Program-made: the position numbers and the translations under genes
In this document: positions 1 to 9,214 of the stretch, piece by piece
Numbering within the stretch: position 1 is the stretch's first letter
Layout: every line of letters begins with the position of its first letter
Source: an uncultured Flavobacteriaceae bacterium
GTDB taxonomy: Bacteria; Bacteroidota; Bacteroidia; Flavobacteriales; Flavobacteriaceae
Length of the DNA stretch: 45,272 nt
Direction of reading: 5' to 3'
Assembly: GCA_937937185.1 (NCBI GenBank)
Contig: CALDCO010000103.1
Location: 1 to 45,272 of the forward strand
Notes under the pieces: generated by a model
Databases searched by the model: none
Told to the model about the DNA's origin: nothing
What the model saw: the letters and a program-made list of their open reading frames with translations, nothing else

Positions 1-1674
1 GATGAGTACCAAGATACAAACCATTCGCAGTACTTAATTGTTCGTGCTTTGGCAGATCGTTTTCAAAATATTTGCGTCGTGGGAGATGATGCGCAGAGTA
101 TTTATGCATTTAGAGGTGCTAATATTAATAACATTCTCAATTTTCAACGCGATTATGATAATGTGATACAGTACCGTTTGGAACAAAACTACCGATCTAC
201 AAAAAATATTGTAGGTGCTGCCAATTCTGTTATTGAACATAATCAAACCAAATTAGATAAAGTCGTTTGGACTGCCAACGATGAAGGCGCAAAAGTAAAA
301 GTACACCGTTCATTAACCGATGGTGATGAAGGGCGTTATGTTGCGAGTACCATTTGGGAAACTAAAATGGAAAACCAGTTACTAAATAGTGATTTTGCTA
401 TTTTATATCGTACAAATGCTCAGTCTAGAGCTATGGAAGATGCCTTGCGTAAACGAAATATTCCTTATCGTATTTATGGCGGACTGTCCTTTTATCAGCG
501 AAAAGAAATAAAAGACGTACTCTCTTACCTGCGTTTAATTCTTAATCCAGCCGATGAAGAAGCACTTAAAAGAGTAATTAATTACCCAGCTCGAGGCATC
601 GGGCAAACGACTTTAGATCGCCTAGTAGTTGCAGCAAACAGTTTGGGTATAACTATTTTTAACCTCCTTAAATCGATAGATGAGGTTGACATAAATATTA
701 ATTCGGGAACTAAAAATAAGCTTAGAGATTTTGTAACCTTAATAGAAAGTTTCCAAGTCTTAAACCAAACAGCTGATGCTTTTGAGTTAGCAGAACACGT
801 TACAAAATCTAGTGGTTTAATTAGAGAGTTTAACAAGGATAGTACGCCAGAAGGAGTCACTAGAATTGAAAATGTTGAGGAACTATTAAATGGGATTAAA
901 GATTTTGTTGAAGGGCAACTTGAAATAGCCGATTCTAAAGGCGATTTAGCCGAGTTCTTAGAAGATGTTGCTTTGGCTACCGATTTAGATGCTGACAAAG
1001 GTGATGCAGATCATGTCGCCTTAATGACCATTCATTTAGCAAAAGGCTTAGAATTTTCTCATGTTTTTATTGTGGGCTTAGAAGAAGATTTATTTCCTAG
1101 TGCAATGAGTATGAATACGCGAAGCGAGCTAGAGGAGGAGCGCCGATTGTTTTATGTGGCGCTAACACGAGCCGAAAAACAAGCTTATTTAACCTACGCC
1201 TTATCGAGATATCGATGGGGAAAACTCGTCGATTCTGAGCCTAGCCGTTTTATTGAAGAAATAGACGAACAATTTTTAGAGAATATAACCCCTAAAGAAG
1301 AACGACGTATTAACCCCATGCTTTCTGCCGATATCTTTGGAGATGACGATGCGTATAGACCAAGCACGATTCGATTTAAAAAAGCGGTACAGCCTAATCT
1401 TCAAAAGAAAACAAAGAAATATGACCCCCAGAAATCTCAAGCAATAACTCCAAAAAACCTGAAGAAAATTTCTACAGCACCTCATAGTAATACTATTAAT
1501 TTGTTTGATGGGAATTTAACAGTAGGCAACATTGTAAAACATTTGCGTTTTGGAAAAGGGGAGATTCTTAAAATTGAAGGTAAAGGCGGTGATGTAAAAG
1601 CCGAAATTAATTTTGAAGTTGTTGGCGTTAAAAAGTTATTGTTGCGTTTTGCTAAACTAGAAGTTATTGGTTAG
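1..1674 (+). CDS. SF1 UvrD/PcrA-family ATP-dependent DNA helicase, C-terminal part (5' end outside the window)
   Basis: Frame 1 is open from base 1 and starts with DEYQDTN (SF1 motif II). Further motifs: VGDDAQSIYAFRGA (III), LEQNYRST (IV), TIHLAKGLEF (V), FYVALTRAE (VI). The ORF-track start at 49 is only an internal TTG. Confidence 0.9.
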   Translation, partial: DEYQDTNHSQYLIVRALADRFQNICVVGDDAQSIYAFRGANINNILNFQRDYDNVIQYRLEQNYRSTKNIVGAANSVIEHNQTKLDKVVWTANDEGAKVKVHRSLTDGDEGRYVASTIWETKMENQLLNSDFAILYRTNAQSRAMEDALRKRNIPYRIYGGLSFYQRKEIKDVLSYLRLILNPADEEALKRVINYPARGIGQTTLDRLVVAANSLGITIFNLLKSIDEVDININSGTKNKLRDFVTLIESFQVLNQTADAFELAEHVTKSSGLIREFNKDSTPEGVTRIENVEELLNGIKDFVEGQLEIADSKGDLAEFLEDVALATDLDADKGDADHVALMTIHLAKGLEFSHVFIVGLEEDLFPSAMSMNTRSELEEERRLFYVALTRAEKQAYLTYALSRYRWGKLVDSEPSRFIEEIDEQFLENITPKEERRINPMLSADIFGDDDAYRPSTIRFKKAVQPNLQKKTKKYDPQKSQAITPKNLKKISTAPHSNTINLFDGNLTVGNIVKHLRFGKGEILKIEGKGGDVKAEINFEVVGVKKLLLRFAKLEVIG

Positions 1675-1710
1675 TATCGCGTTCTAACTCAATAGATTTT
1701 AATGCTTAAC

Positions 1711-1763
1711 TAATTAATCTGAGTTCGATACAAGGACTTCGTGTGAAAAAGCCGTCAAATTGA
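1711..1763. repeat. Fragment of the family-A hairpin element, inverted relative to the copies at 31567 and 38511
   Basis: ctaattaatctgagttcgatacaagg...gaaaaagccgtcaaattgag matches the reverse complement of the right arm of the two full copies. The shared parts are the terminus ctaattaa.gtgagttcga and the core aaaaagccgtcaaattgag. Confidence 0.55.
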
Positions 1764-1941
1764 GGCTTCTGGCAAAAATTTTATCTAAGAATTTGGCCTA
1801 AAATAGTGGTAGCCTGTCGACTGTAGTTTACTTTTAAAAAATAGTTGCCTTTTCTTTTTTTCATTGCCAAAAAAAGAAACAAAAAAGGCTAGGCTTACGA
1901 AAGTGTGACTAAATTTTTTGTTCGATGCCTGAATTTCAGAA
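1763..1941. repeat. Family-B intergenic repeat, copy 1 (~179 bp)
   Basis: Near-identical direct copy of 2123-2297. It runs aggcttctgg.aaaaat.ttatctaagaatttggcctaaaa...gttcgatgcctgaattt.agaa and holds an internal imperfect hairpin gccttttcttttttt...aaagaaacaaaaaaggc. This copy continues into a 10-bp inverted repeat gaatttcaga/tctgaaattc. Confidence 0.8.
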
Positions 1942-2122
1942 ACTCGCTGCGCTCAAACAGTCTGAAATTCTACGGCAACTTCACTTCAAATTTTACGTCA
2001 AACTTTCGATAGGCCTTAACAAAAAATGATATTGCTACTTAACAATAAGTGTTTTAAAGCAATTCTACTATCTGTTAGATCCAGTGACAAATCGCAGGCA
2101 TCTTGTAAAATACGCCAATGGT

Positions 2123-2297
2123 AGGCTTCTGGTAAAAATGTTATCTAAGAATTTGGCCTAAAAATAGTGGTAGCCTGTCCACTGTAGTTTACTTTAAAAA
2201 AATAGTTGCCTTTTCTTTTTTTCATTAAAAAGAAACAAAAAAGGCTAGGCTTACGAAAGTGAGACTAAATTTTTTGTTCGATGCCTGAATTTTAGAA
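2123..2297. repeat. Family-B intergenic repeat, copy 2 (~175 bp)
   Basis: Collinear with 1763-1941, with a few substitutions and a 6-nt deletion in the hairpin loop. Same orientation, offset 360 bp. Confidence 0.8.
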
Positions 2298-2413
2298 CCA
2301 AACAAGAATAGCCCCTTTACAAATAAAAAAATATTCATCTAAATAATTAATTAAGTTCCCGAAAATTTTTTAAAAATAGCGATCATTGTTTTCTATATAT
2401 TGTTTAATTCCAT

Positions 2414-2421
2414 TAATTTTG
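2414..2421 (+). promoter_or_regulatory. Candidate Bacteroidota -7 promoter box (TAnnTTTG) for the first LuxR-type gene
   Basis: taattttg fits TAnnTTTG and lies 28 nt upstream of the ATG at 2450. The homologous position before the paralog (4638-4645) reads taatttta. Confidence 0.4.
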
Positions 2422-2449
2422 GTTTTTTAAATTGCGATTTTTAGTATTT

Positions 2450-4438
2450 ATGAAAACCATTTTTTTTACTGCTATATTACTTGTTATTTCTATTGCAAAC
2501 AGTTACGCTCAAGATTCTAGTGTCACTCCTTCTATGATGGAGAAGATAAATAATGAGCTTAAATTAAAACGCACTTATAAAGAAAAAACAGATTATTTAA
2601 AGTATTTAATTGAAAATATAGATGGAGGAGATAGAACCATTGGTGAGTATTCTGCGACAGGAGAAGATTCAACATTGTACCAAGCTGCTCAAAACCTTAT
2701 ATCCTTAGCGGGTTTGAAACAAGACACAACCAATATTGTTATAGGGTTACATGGTTTAGCAGAATTTTATAGTTGGAACAACTATCATGATAAATCAAAA
2801 AACGCTTGTAAAAAGGTCTTGAAAATTGTAAAAAACAAAAAAAAAACAGCTAAAGAAAATGAAATTTTGGGATGTACTTATACCTATTTAGCTTTTGCTA
2901 ACGATAATTCTTTAGATTATAGTGACGCATTAGAAAGTTGTTTATTAGGCAATGAAATTCTTACCAACTCAAACAACCACATAGAAAACAAAACTGCGAT
3001 AGCGTCTAACTATTTGGTATTATCTAATATATACGCCAACATTGAAAAAGATCAGGAAGCTTTTGATAATATAAAGAATGTATTAAAAGTTTATGAACAA
3101 GATAAAACCTTAACCTATTATGGTTTTACAGGGAATATTTCTATGGGTTCTTATTTCATAGATTTTAAAAAAGATATTGACAAAGCATTATATCATTACG
3201 ACCAGGCTAAAAAAATTGGGGAAGAAATAAACGATGAGATGATGGTAATGGACGCTGAAAATTTTAAAGCCGAAGCCTTTTACAATTGTAAGCAATATGA
3301 TAAAGCTTTAGAATTGTGTAATATAAATTTAGATTTTCAAAAGAAAAATAAAGATACGACAGCTATCATATACCAATACCATTATATTAGTAAGGTTTTT
3401 GAAGGAAAAAAAAACAATAACCAAGCACTTAAATATATAGATTCTGCGCTCTTTTTACTTAATTCTAAAACAATTTATTTGCCATCTGAACAATTAAGTA
3501 TATTATTATTAAAAGCAAAAATCTACACAGAAAATAAAGACTACGATAAAGCACTTGTTCTCTTAAATGAGAATCTAGCATTAGCTGAATCTGAAAATAT
3601 ATTAGAATTAGAAAAACAAATTAATGAAAGTATTTATGGCATTTATAATATCCTAAACGATGATAAGCGTTGTGTTTTTTACTATAACCAATATGAAAAT
3701 GTTGATGCTGAATTACAAGCAAAATCAGAAAAATCAGAAATTAAAATATTAGAGGCTGATTTTAAATATAGAGAAATTAAATCTAAATTAGAAAATGAAA
3801 AAGTGATGCTTCAGCTTTCTGTCTTAAAACAAAAAAAGATAAAAATGTATAGTTATTTTGCGCTAACCTTAATGGTAATTTCTGCCTTTTTTATTTATAT
3901 AATTAAAGACCGGCAGAAAAAGAGATTGAATGCCGAAAGACTAGTATTAGAAGCTAAGCAAGAATTATTAGAAGTGAAAAAAGAAGCTTTAAACCGAGAA
4001 GTCGAATTTAAGGATAAAAACATTACTAATTTTGCCCTTCAAATTAATGATAATAACGAATTGCTAGAAAAGATTAAAGCCCCCTTAAAGCAATTAAAAA
4101 AGGTGGTCTCAGGAAATAATAAACACGAAAAAATGCTATTTGAAATTAACTCACTTGTTAATGGTTATATCGATAGAAATAACGAAAAAACACAGTTTCT
4201 GTCTAAGGTTAATGAAAACGTGGATAATTTTGAATTAAAAATCCATGAAGAGTATTCTAATTTAACAGAAAAAGAAAAAGAGATTATAAAAAAAATTAGA
4301 TTGGGTAAAACCTCAAAAGAAATAGCAAGTGAGCTTAATATTGGCTCTGCAAGTGTTGATAACTACCGTTATGCTGTAAGGAAAAAAATGAAGATTCCTA
4401 AGGGGAAATCTTTAGAGCATTTTATTAAAGAAATATAA
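2450..4438 (+). CDS. Membrane-anchored one-component regulator: signal peptide, TPR-like extracytoplasmic domain, TM helix, coiled coil, LuxR/GerE HTH
   Basis: The ATG at 2450 gives MKTIFF...ANSYA|QD (signal peptide), so it is preferred over the TTG at 2432. About 430 aa of TPR-like repeats follow. The TM helix is YFALTLMVISAFFIYII followed by KDRQKKR. The C-terminal HTH is LTEKEKEIIKKIRLGKTSKEIASELNIGSASVDNYRYAVRKKM. Confidence 0.8.
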   Translation: MKTIFFTAILLVISIANSYAQDSSVTPSMMEKINNELKLKRTYKEKTDYLKYLIENIDGGDRTIGEYSATGEDSTLYQAAQNLISLAGLKQDTTNIVIGLHGLAEFYSWNNYHDKSKNACKKVLKIVKNKKKTAKENEILGCTYTYLAFANDNSLDYSDALESCLLGNEILTNSNNHIENKTAIASNYLVLSNIYANIEKDQEAFDNIKNVLKVYEQDKTLTYYGFTGNISMGSYFIDFKKDIDKALYHYDQAKKIGEEINDEMMVMDAENFKAEAFYNCKQYDKALELCNINLDFQKKNKDTTAIIYQYHYISKVFEGKKNNNQALKYIDSALFLLNSKTIYLPSEQLSILLLKAKIYTENKDYDKALVLLNENLALAESENILELEKQINESIYGIYNILNDDKRCVFYYNQYENVDAELQAKSEKSEIKILEADFKYREIKSKLENEKVMLQLSVLKQKKIKMYSYFALTLMVISAFFIYIIKDRQKKRLNAERLVLEAKQELLEVKKEALNREVEFKDKNITNFALQINDNNELLEKIKAPLKQLKKVVSGNNKHEKMLFEINSLVNGYIDRNNEKTQFLSKVNENVDNFELKIHEEYSNLTEKEKEIIKKIRLGKTSKEIASELNIGSASVDNYRYAVRKKMKIPKGKSLEHFIKEI

Positions 4439-4672
4439 AAGTATTAGGTCGCCCAGTTAGTTAGGTCTGTTGAGCTAATTAATGTTTTGAGAACTTTCGG
4501 GCATAAGTTTTTTTATTTTACAAATGAAAATATCGTAATTAATTAGTATAATTTTTATAACTTTCATAAAAATAGCGACAGATTATTTTTTTTTGAGAAA
4601 TAGCTCTTATTGTTTTCTGTATGCTATTTAATTCTATTAATTTTAGCTTTTAAATTATTTTTTTTGGTGTTT

Positions 4673-6670
4673 ATGAAAACCATTTTTTTTACTCTTATAT
4701 TGTTTGCCATTTTTAGTATAAAAAGTTATGCTCAAGATTCTTTATTTACAATGACTCCCTCTGTCATGAAGGTGGTAAACAAGGAGCTTAAAGTAAAGCG
4801 TACTTATAAAGAAAAAATAGATTATTTAAAGTATATAATTGAAAATATAGGAGAAGAAGATGCACTTCTTGGTGAAGGGTTTACTGATGTTGAAGAAAAT
4901 TCTATATGGTACCAATCTGCTCAAAACCTTTTAGCCTTAGCGAAAATTAAAAAAGACACCACCAACATTGTTTTTGGATTGAATGAGTTAAAACAATGTT
5001 ATAGTTGGAATAACTATTATGATAAAGCAAAAAATACTTGTAATGAGGTATTAGCAATTTTAAAAAATAAAGAAAAAACAGCTTATGAAAATGAGATTTT
5101 AGGAAGTACTTATACCTATTTGGCTGAGTTCTACCATAATTCTTGGGATTATAGTAACGCATTAGAAAATTGTTTATTAGGCAATGAAATTCTTACTAAC
5201 CCCAACAACCATATAGAAAACAATGCTGCAATAGCGTCTAATTATTTAGTATTATGTAATATATATTTTAATATTGAAAGAGAACAAGAAGTTTTTGAAA
5301 GTATTAATAACGTAATAAAAATTTATGAACAAGATAAAACACTAACTTATTATGGCTTTACGGGAAATATTTTTATGGGTTCTTATTACTTAAATTTTCA
5401 AGACGATGTTGATAAAGCATTATATTATTATGATCAGGCTAAAAAAATAGGGAAAGAAGAAATAAAAAGTGAGGAGAACGTGGTGGAAGCTGAAAGTTTT
5501 AAAGCTTTTGCTTATAACTACGATTGGCAGTATGATAAAGCCATAGCATTGTATAACTCAGGTTTAGACTTTTTTAAGAAAACTGAAAATACGGTTGGTG
5601 TGATACAAGAATACCATTATATAGCAGAAGCGTATAAAAATAATAACAATAATACAGCACTTAAATACTTAGATTCTGCACTTGTTTTGTTCGATTCCAA
5701 GACGATTAGTCTGCTAACTAAAAAAATAAGTATACTATTATCGAAAGCAAACATCTATATCGAAAATAAAGACTACGATAAAGCACTTGTTATTTTAAAG
5801 GAGAATTTGTTAGTCGCTAGATCTGAAGATATGCCAGAAAAAGAAAAAGAGATTTATGAATCCCTTTATGGCATCTATAATGTTTTAAACGATAATAAGA
5901 ATTGTACTTTTTACTATAATGAATATGCTAAAATCGATGCTAAGTTACAAGCAGAATCGGAAAAATCAGAAATTAAAATATTAGAAGCAAATTACAAATA
6001 TAGAGAAATCAAATCTAAATTAGAAAACGAAAAAGTGACGCTTGAGATTTCGCTCTTAAAACAAAAAAAGATAAAATTATACATTTATTTTGCTTTAAGC
6101 TTAATCTTTATTTCTACCTTTTTTATTTTTATAGTTAAAGATCGGCAAAAAAAGAAGGCAACTGCGGAAAAATTAGCATTAGAAGTGAAGCAAGAATTAT
6201 TAAAAGCAAAAAAAGAAGCTTTAAATAGAGAAGTCGAATTTAAAGACAAAAGCATTACTAATTTTGCACTACAAATTAATGAAAACAATGAGTTGCTAGA
6301 AAAGATTAAAGCTCCATTAAAGCAATTAAAAAGAGTCGTATCGGGCAATATTAAACATGAACGAATATTAACTGAAATTACTGGACTCATAAATGGTTAT
6401 ATTGATAAAAATATTGAAAAAGTTGGTTTATACGTCACGGTTAACAAAAACATCGACAACTTCGAATTAAAAATTTATGAAGGGTATTCTAATTTAACAG
6501 AAAAAGAAAAAGAAATTATAAAAAAAATTAGGTTGGGCAAAACCTCGAAAGAAATGGCGAATGACCTTAATATTGGTGTGGCAAGTGTCGATAACTACCG
6601 TTATATTATAAGAAAAAAAATGAAGATTCCTAAAGGAAAATCTTTAGAACATTTTATTAAAGACATATAA
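4673..6670 (+). CDS. Tandem paralog of the TPR-TM-LuxR regulator
   Basis: Collinear with 2450-4438 over its full length, with the same signal peptide, TM helix and LuxR HTH (LTEKEKEIIKKIRLGKTSKEMANDLNIGVASVDNYRYIIRKKM). ATG 4673 corresponds to the MKTIFF start of copy 1. The 21 extra N-terminal residues in the ORF track are probably not translated. Confidence 0.8.
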   Translation: MKTIFFTLILFAIFSIKSYAQDSLFTMTPSVMKVVNKELKVKRTYKEKIDYLKYIIENIGEEDALLGEGFTDVEENSIWYQSAQNLLALAKIKKDTTNIVFGLNELKQCYSWNNYYDKAKNTCNEVLAILKNKEKTAYENEILGSTYTYLAEFYHNSWDYSNALENCLLGNEILTNPNNHIENNAAIASNYLVLCNIYFNIEREQEVFESINNVIKIYEQDKTLTYYGFTGNIFMGSYYLNFQDDVDKALYYYDQAKKIGKEEIKSEENVVEAESFKAFAYNYDWQYDKAIALYNSGLDFFKKTENTVGVIQEYHYIAEAYKNNNNNTALKYLDSALVLFDSKTISLLTKKISILLSKANIYIENKDYDKALVILKENLLVARSEDMPEKEKEIYESLYGIYNVLNDNKNCTFYYNEYAKIDAKLQAESEKSEIKILEANYKYREIKSKLENEKVTLEISLLKQKKIKLYIYFALSLIFISTFFIFIVKDRQKKKATAEKLALEVKQELLKAKKEALNREVEFKDKSITNFALQINENNELLEKIKAPLKQLKRVVSGNIKHERILTEITGLINGYIDKNIEKVGLYVTVNKNIDNFELKIYEGYSNLTEKEKEIIKKIRLGKTSKEMANDLNIGVASVDNYRYIIRKKMKIPKGKSLEHFIKDI

Positions 6671-6695
6671 AATTATTTCGATTTTTAATGTTTTG

Positions 6696-7370
6696 CTAGT
6701 AAAAAGATAAAAGCACTCCCAGATTAACACTACTTCTAAGTCCGTTTTTAAAGGAAGGCGTGTTTAAGTTTGCAGCGGTGGCTGTACCAGCAGAAATATC
6801 AGCAAAGCCATATTGTCCATCATACTCTACATATAATTTAGTGAATTGGGCAACTTCAAATCGAATACCAAAATTAAACGCAGCACCAAAGTCAATACTT
6901 TTAAGCGGTTCTTTAAAATCGATACCTAATTCAGATTCTTCAGCTTTAGCTAAAAAACCAACATACGGTCCTAAACTTAAATACCATGGTCTGGTTACAA
7001 ATGATTTTGCTCTACTTTGTATGGATCCAAAATGTAAGCTCGCCATTAAGGGGACAGTAATATAGGTTAGATTAAAATCGGTTTTAATCGTTTCAAGAAT
7101 AGCATCTGGATCTAAAATTTCTCCACCCCAGCCTTTATTATCAAATATTATTTTTGCTTTAATTCCCAATCTGTTATGTACATAATATTCTGTAGAAAAA
7201 GCAATATTAAATGAGGAAAGAGAACCTATTTCAACCCCATCCTCATCTGAAGTAATACTGGAAAAATTTATTCCCCCTCCTAAACCAAACTGAAATTCCC
7301 CATAATTTTGAGCAGTTGTATTTAATAATCCTAAACTTGCAACTATAATACTGAGTAATATTTTTTTCAT
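6696..7370 (-). CDS. Small outer-membrane beta-barrel protein (porin-family/OmpA-beta-barrel-like)
   Basis: Signal peptide MKKILLSIIVASLGLLNTTAQ. Alternating hydrophobic/Gly-rich beta-strand pattern. C-terminal aromatic residue (LLSFY). Confidence 0.65.
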   Translation of the reverse strand: MKKILLSIIVASLGLLNTTAQNYGEFQFGLGGGINFSSITSDEDGVEIGSLSSFNIAFSTEYYVHNRLGIKAKIIFDNKGWGGEILDPDAILETIKTDFNLTYITVPLMASLHFGSIQSRAKSFVTRPWYLSLGPYVGFLAKAEESELGIDFKEPLKSIDFGAAFNFGIRFEVAQFTKLYVEYDGQYGFADISAGTATAANLNTPSFKNGLRSSVNLGVLLSFY

Positions 7371-7393
7371 AATAAAGGTCTCTTTAAGTTTGC

Positions 7394-7401
7394 CAAATAT
7401 A
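7394..7401 (-). promoter_or_regulatory. Candidate -7 promoter box (TATATTTG) for the OMP gene
   Basis: The minus strand reads tatatttg (TAnnTTTG) 23 nt upstream of the ATG at 7370. The box lies in the stretch that is also conserved next to the second OMP gene (39335-39342, gatatttg). Confidence 0.4.
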
Positions 7402-7405
7402 TAAA

Positions 7406-7566
7406 GAAGTGGTTTAAACTTTTTTCAATTTGCTAAAAAAATGCTTTTTTGCGTTCATATTTCACAATTTTTGACTTCCGTAGCGCTGCTATACAACTAA
7501 AAAATTGCTATCTCTGATCATAAAAACACTATTCTTCACTTCAATCAAAAAAGTTTAAAGCACTTC
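7406..7566. mobile_element. Family-C MITE-like repeat, copy 1 (161 bp, ~20-bp terminal inverted repeats)
   Basis: The left end is gaagtggtttaaactttttt and the right end is aaaaaagtttaaagcacttc, inverted with one mismatch. The element is collinear with 39347-39507 and has no ORF. Confidence 0.7.
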
Positions 7567-7590
7567 AAAGAATATTTAATTATAATCATG

Positions 7591-8454
7591 TTATAAATGT
7601 TCTAATGTAAACATTTTAAGTTTGTTCCAAGTATCAAATAATTTTAAACCTGTCCAACCATGACCTTCTTCTGGGTAAAGATTAAATTCATGTACAACAT
7701 TTAACGCTGTAAGCTTTTTATCCAAATCGCTTCCTTGACTTATAGGGACTAATGGGTCTTGCCCTCCATAGAATAAGATGGTTGGAGGCGCTTTTGAAGT
7801 GACTTGGTGGTACGGACTAACTTGTCGCAAAAAACTAGGCGATTTATCTATACTATATAAGTTTATAATGGCCTGCAATTCAGGATCTGTACTGTTTAAG
7901 TATTCAGGATCTGTTAAATTTGTTGGGCCAACAATACTGGCTACCATATTAATGTTATTTTCGGCGTCGTAAGCATAACTCCAAAGTAAAGACAAATGAG
8001 CACCAGCACTAACTCCAATTAAGCCATAGTTTTCAGAAATAATATATTCATTTCTATTCGCTTTTAGATGGTTTATTACAGTACTAATATCATTAACTTG
8101 CATCGGGTGGGGTGGGGTATTTTCATCGGCCAACCTATAATTAATGTTAACAACGGCATAACCAGGCAAATCCCTTAGAATGCTATCTTTAAAACCATTC
8201 ATATCTTCTTTATCTCCTGAGATCCACCCACCACCATGAACTAGTATAATCACTTTTGTTTCTAATGTTCTATTTTCGGGAAGATAAATATCGTATACCT
8301 GATTACTATTATCATCATAAGAAACGTTTAAAATCTCGTTGTAGGAGGAAGGCGGAAGGTTTTGGGGAATTCCATCTTGCGAGTCATTACTTGAGCAATT
8401 TGTTATGAGCAGCAATGCGGCACCTAATAAAATAGACTGTAATACCCTCATCAT
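7591..8454 (-). CDS. Alpha/beta-hydrolase fold esterase/lipase, probable lipoprotein
   Basis: Lipobox-like LLITNC. HGGGW oxyanion motif (ILVHGGGWISGD). GxSxG nucleophile elbow (GVSAGAH). Late EEGHGW histidine motif. Confidence 0.75.
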   Translation of the reverse strand: MMRVLQSILLGAALLLITNCSSNDSQDGIPQNLPPSSYNEILNVSYDDNSNQVYDIYLPENRTLETKVIILVHGGGWISGDKEDMNGFKDSILRDLPGYAVVNINYRLADENTPPHPMQVNDISTVINHLKANRNEYIISENYGLIGVSAGAHLSLLWSYAYDAENNINMVASIVGPTNLTDPEYLNSTDPELQAIINLYSIDKSPSFLRQVSPYHQVTSKAPPTILFYGGQDPLVPISQGSDLDKKLTALNVVHEFNLYPEEGHGWTGLKLFDTWNKLKMFTLEHL

Positions 8455-8503
8455 ACTAATAAATTATAGTTATTTTGTATAACGTTAAGGAAGTGAATTT
8501 ATT

Positions 8504-9124
8504 ATGGCCATATTTGTTAAGATTTATGAGGAAAACCCTAATCCTAAGGAAATTAGTAAAGTAATTCGTGTTTTAAAAAATGGTGGTTTAATAATTTATC
8601 CTACAGATACCGTTTATGGGTTGGGTTGCGATATTACAAATACTAAAGCCTTAGAGCGTATAGCTAGATTAAAAGGAATGAAATTAGAGAAAACCAACCT
8701 CTCGTTTATTTGTCATGATTTAAGTAATTTAAGCGATTATGTTAAACAAATAGATACGCGTACATTTAAAGTTTTAAAACGCGCACTGCCCGGACCTTAC
8801 ACTTTTATTCTTCCTGGTGCGAAATCGTTACCCAAGGCATTTAAAAAGAAAAAAACAGTAGGTATTCGCGTACCAGATAACGCCATTGCTATTGCCATTG
8901 TTAAAGCTTTAGGCAACCCTATAGTATCTACTTCTATTCATGATGAAGATTCTATTTTAGAATACACCACAGACCCAGAATTAATACTTGAGAAATGGCA
9001 TGATTTAGTCGATTTGGTGATAGATGGCGGCTATGGCGATAATGTGCCTTCTACTGTAATAGATTTTTCCAATGAAAACCCTGAAATTATCAGAGTAGGT
9101 AAAGGAAGTATAGAGATTTTTTAG
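8504..9124 (+). CDS. YrdC/Sua5-fold protein, YciO-like paralog of threonylcarbamoyl-AMP synthase
   Basis: 206 aa with IIYPTDTVYGLGCD. The block PGPYTFILPGAKSLPKAFKKKKTVGIRVP...NPIVSTS is collinear with my recollection of E. coli YciO, which is also 206 aa. Confidence 0.7.
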   Translation: MAIFVKIYEENPNPKEISKVIRVLKNGGLIIYPTDTVYGLGCDITNTKALERIARLKGMKLEKTNLSFICHDLSNLSDYVKQIDTRTFKVLKRALPGPYTFILPGAKSLPKAFKKKKTVGIRVPDNAIAIAIVKALGNPIVSTSIHDEDSILEYTTDPELILEKWHDLVDLVIDGGYGDNVPSTVIDFSNENPEIIRVGKGSIEIF

Positions 9125-9214
9125 ATTTTTTTTTAAAATTATTTTTCTTATTAGCTATATGTACTTATTGGAGATTGATCATTCACTTAAATTTGGGACA
9201 GTACAAATAAAAGT

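Noticed and set aside
34-1485. Minus-strand ORFs 34-246, 582-998 and 1276-1485 inside the helicase gene. The same applies to antisense ORFs inside other long genes, e.g. 4947-5162, 6085-6390, 6760-7065, 7778-7972, 9664-9897, 12462-12659, 15875-16075, 16458-16643, 18321-18521, 19705-20151, 22319-22636, 27165-29449, 30732-31163, 34977-35186, 37590-38096, 38770-39063, 39496-40320, 42878-43162 and 44102-44743.
   Set aside because: All lie entirely within, or overlap, much longer ORFs on the other strand that carry clear conserved motifs. Their products are low-complexity and motif-free, as expected for chance antisense frames in AT-rich DNA.
2432-4672. Longer N-terminal extensions suggested by the ORF track (TTG at 2432; start at 4610 adding 21 residues)
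   Set aside because: Both paralogs align from the internal ATG (MKTIFF...), which begins a canonical signal peptide. The extensions are not conserved between the copies and overlap the conserved promoter-like block.
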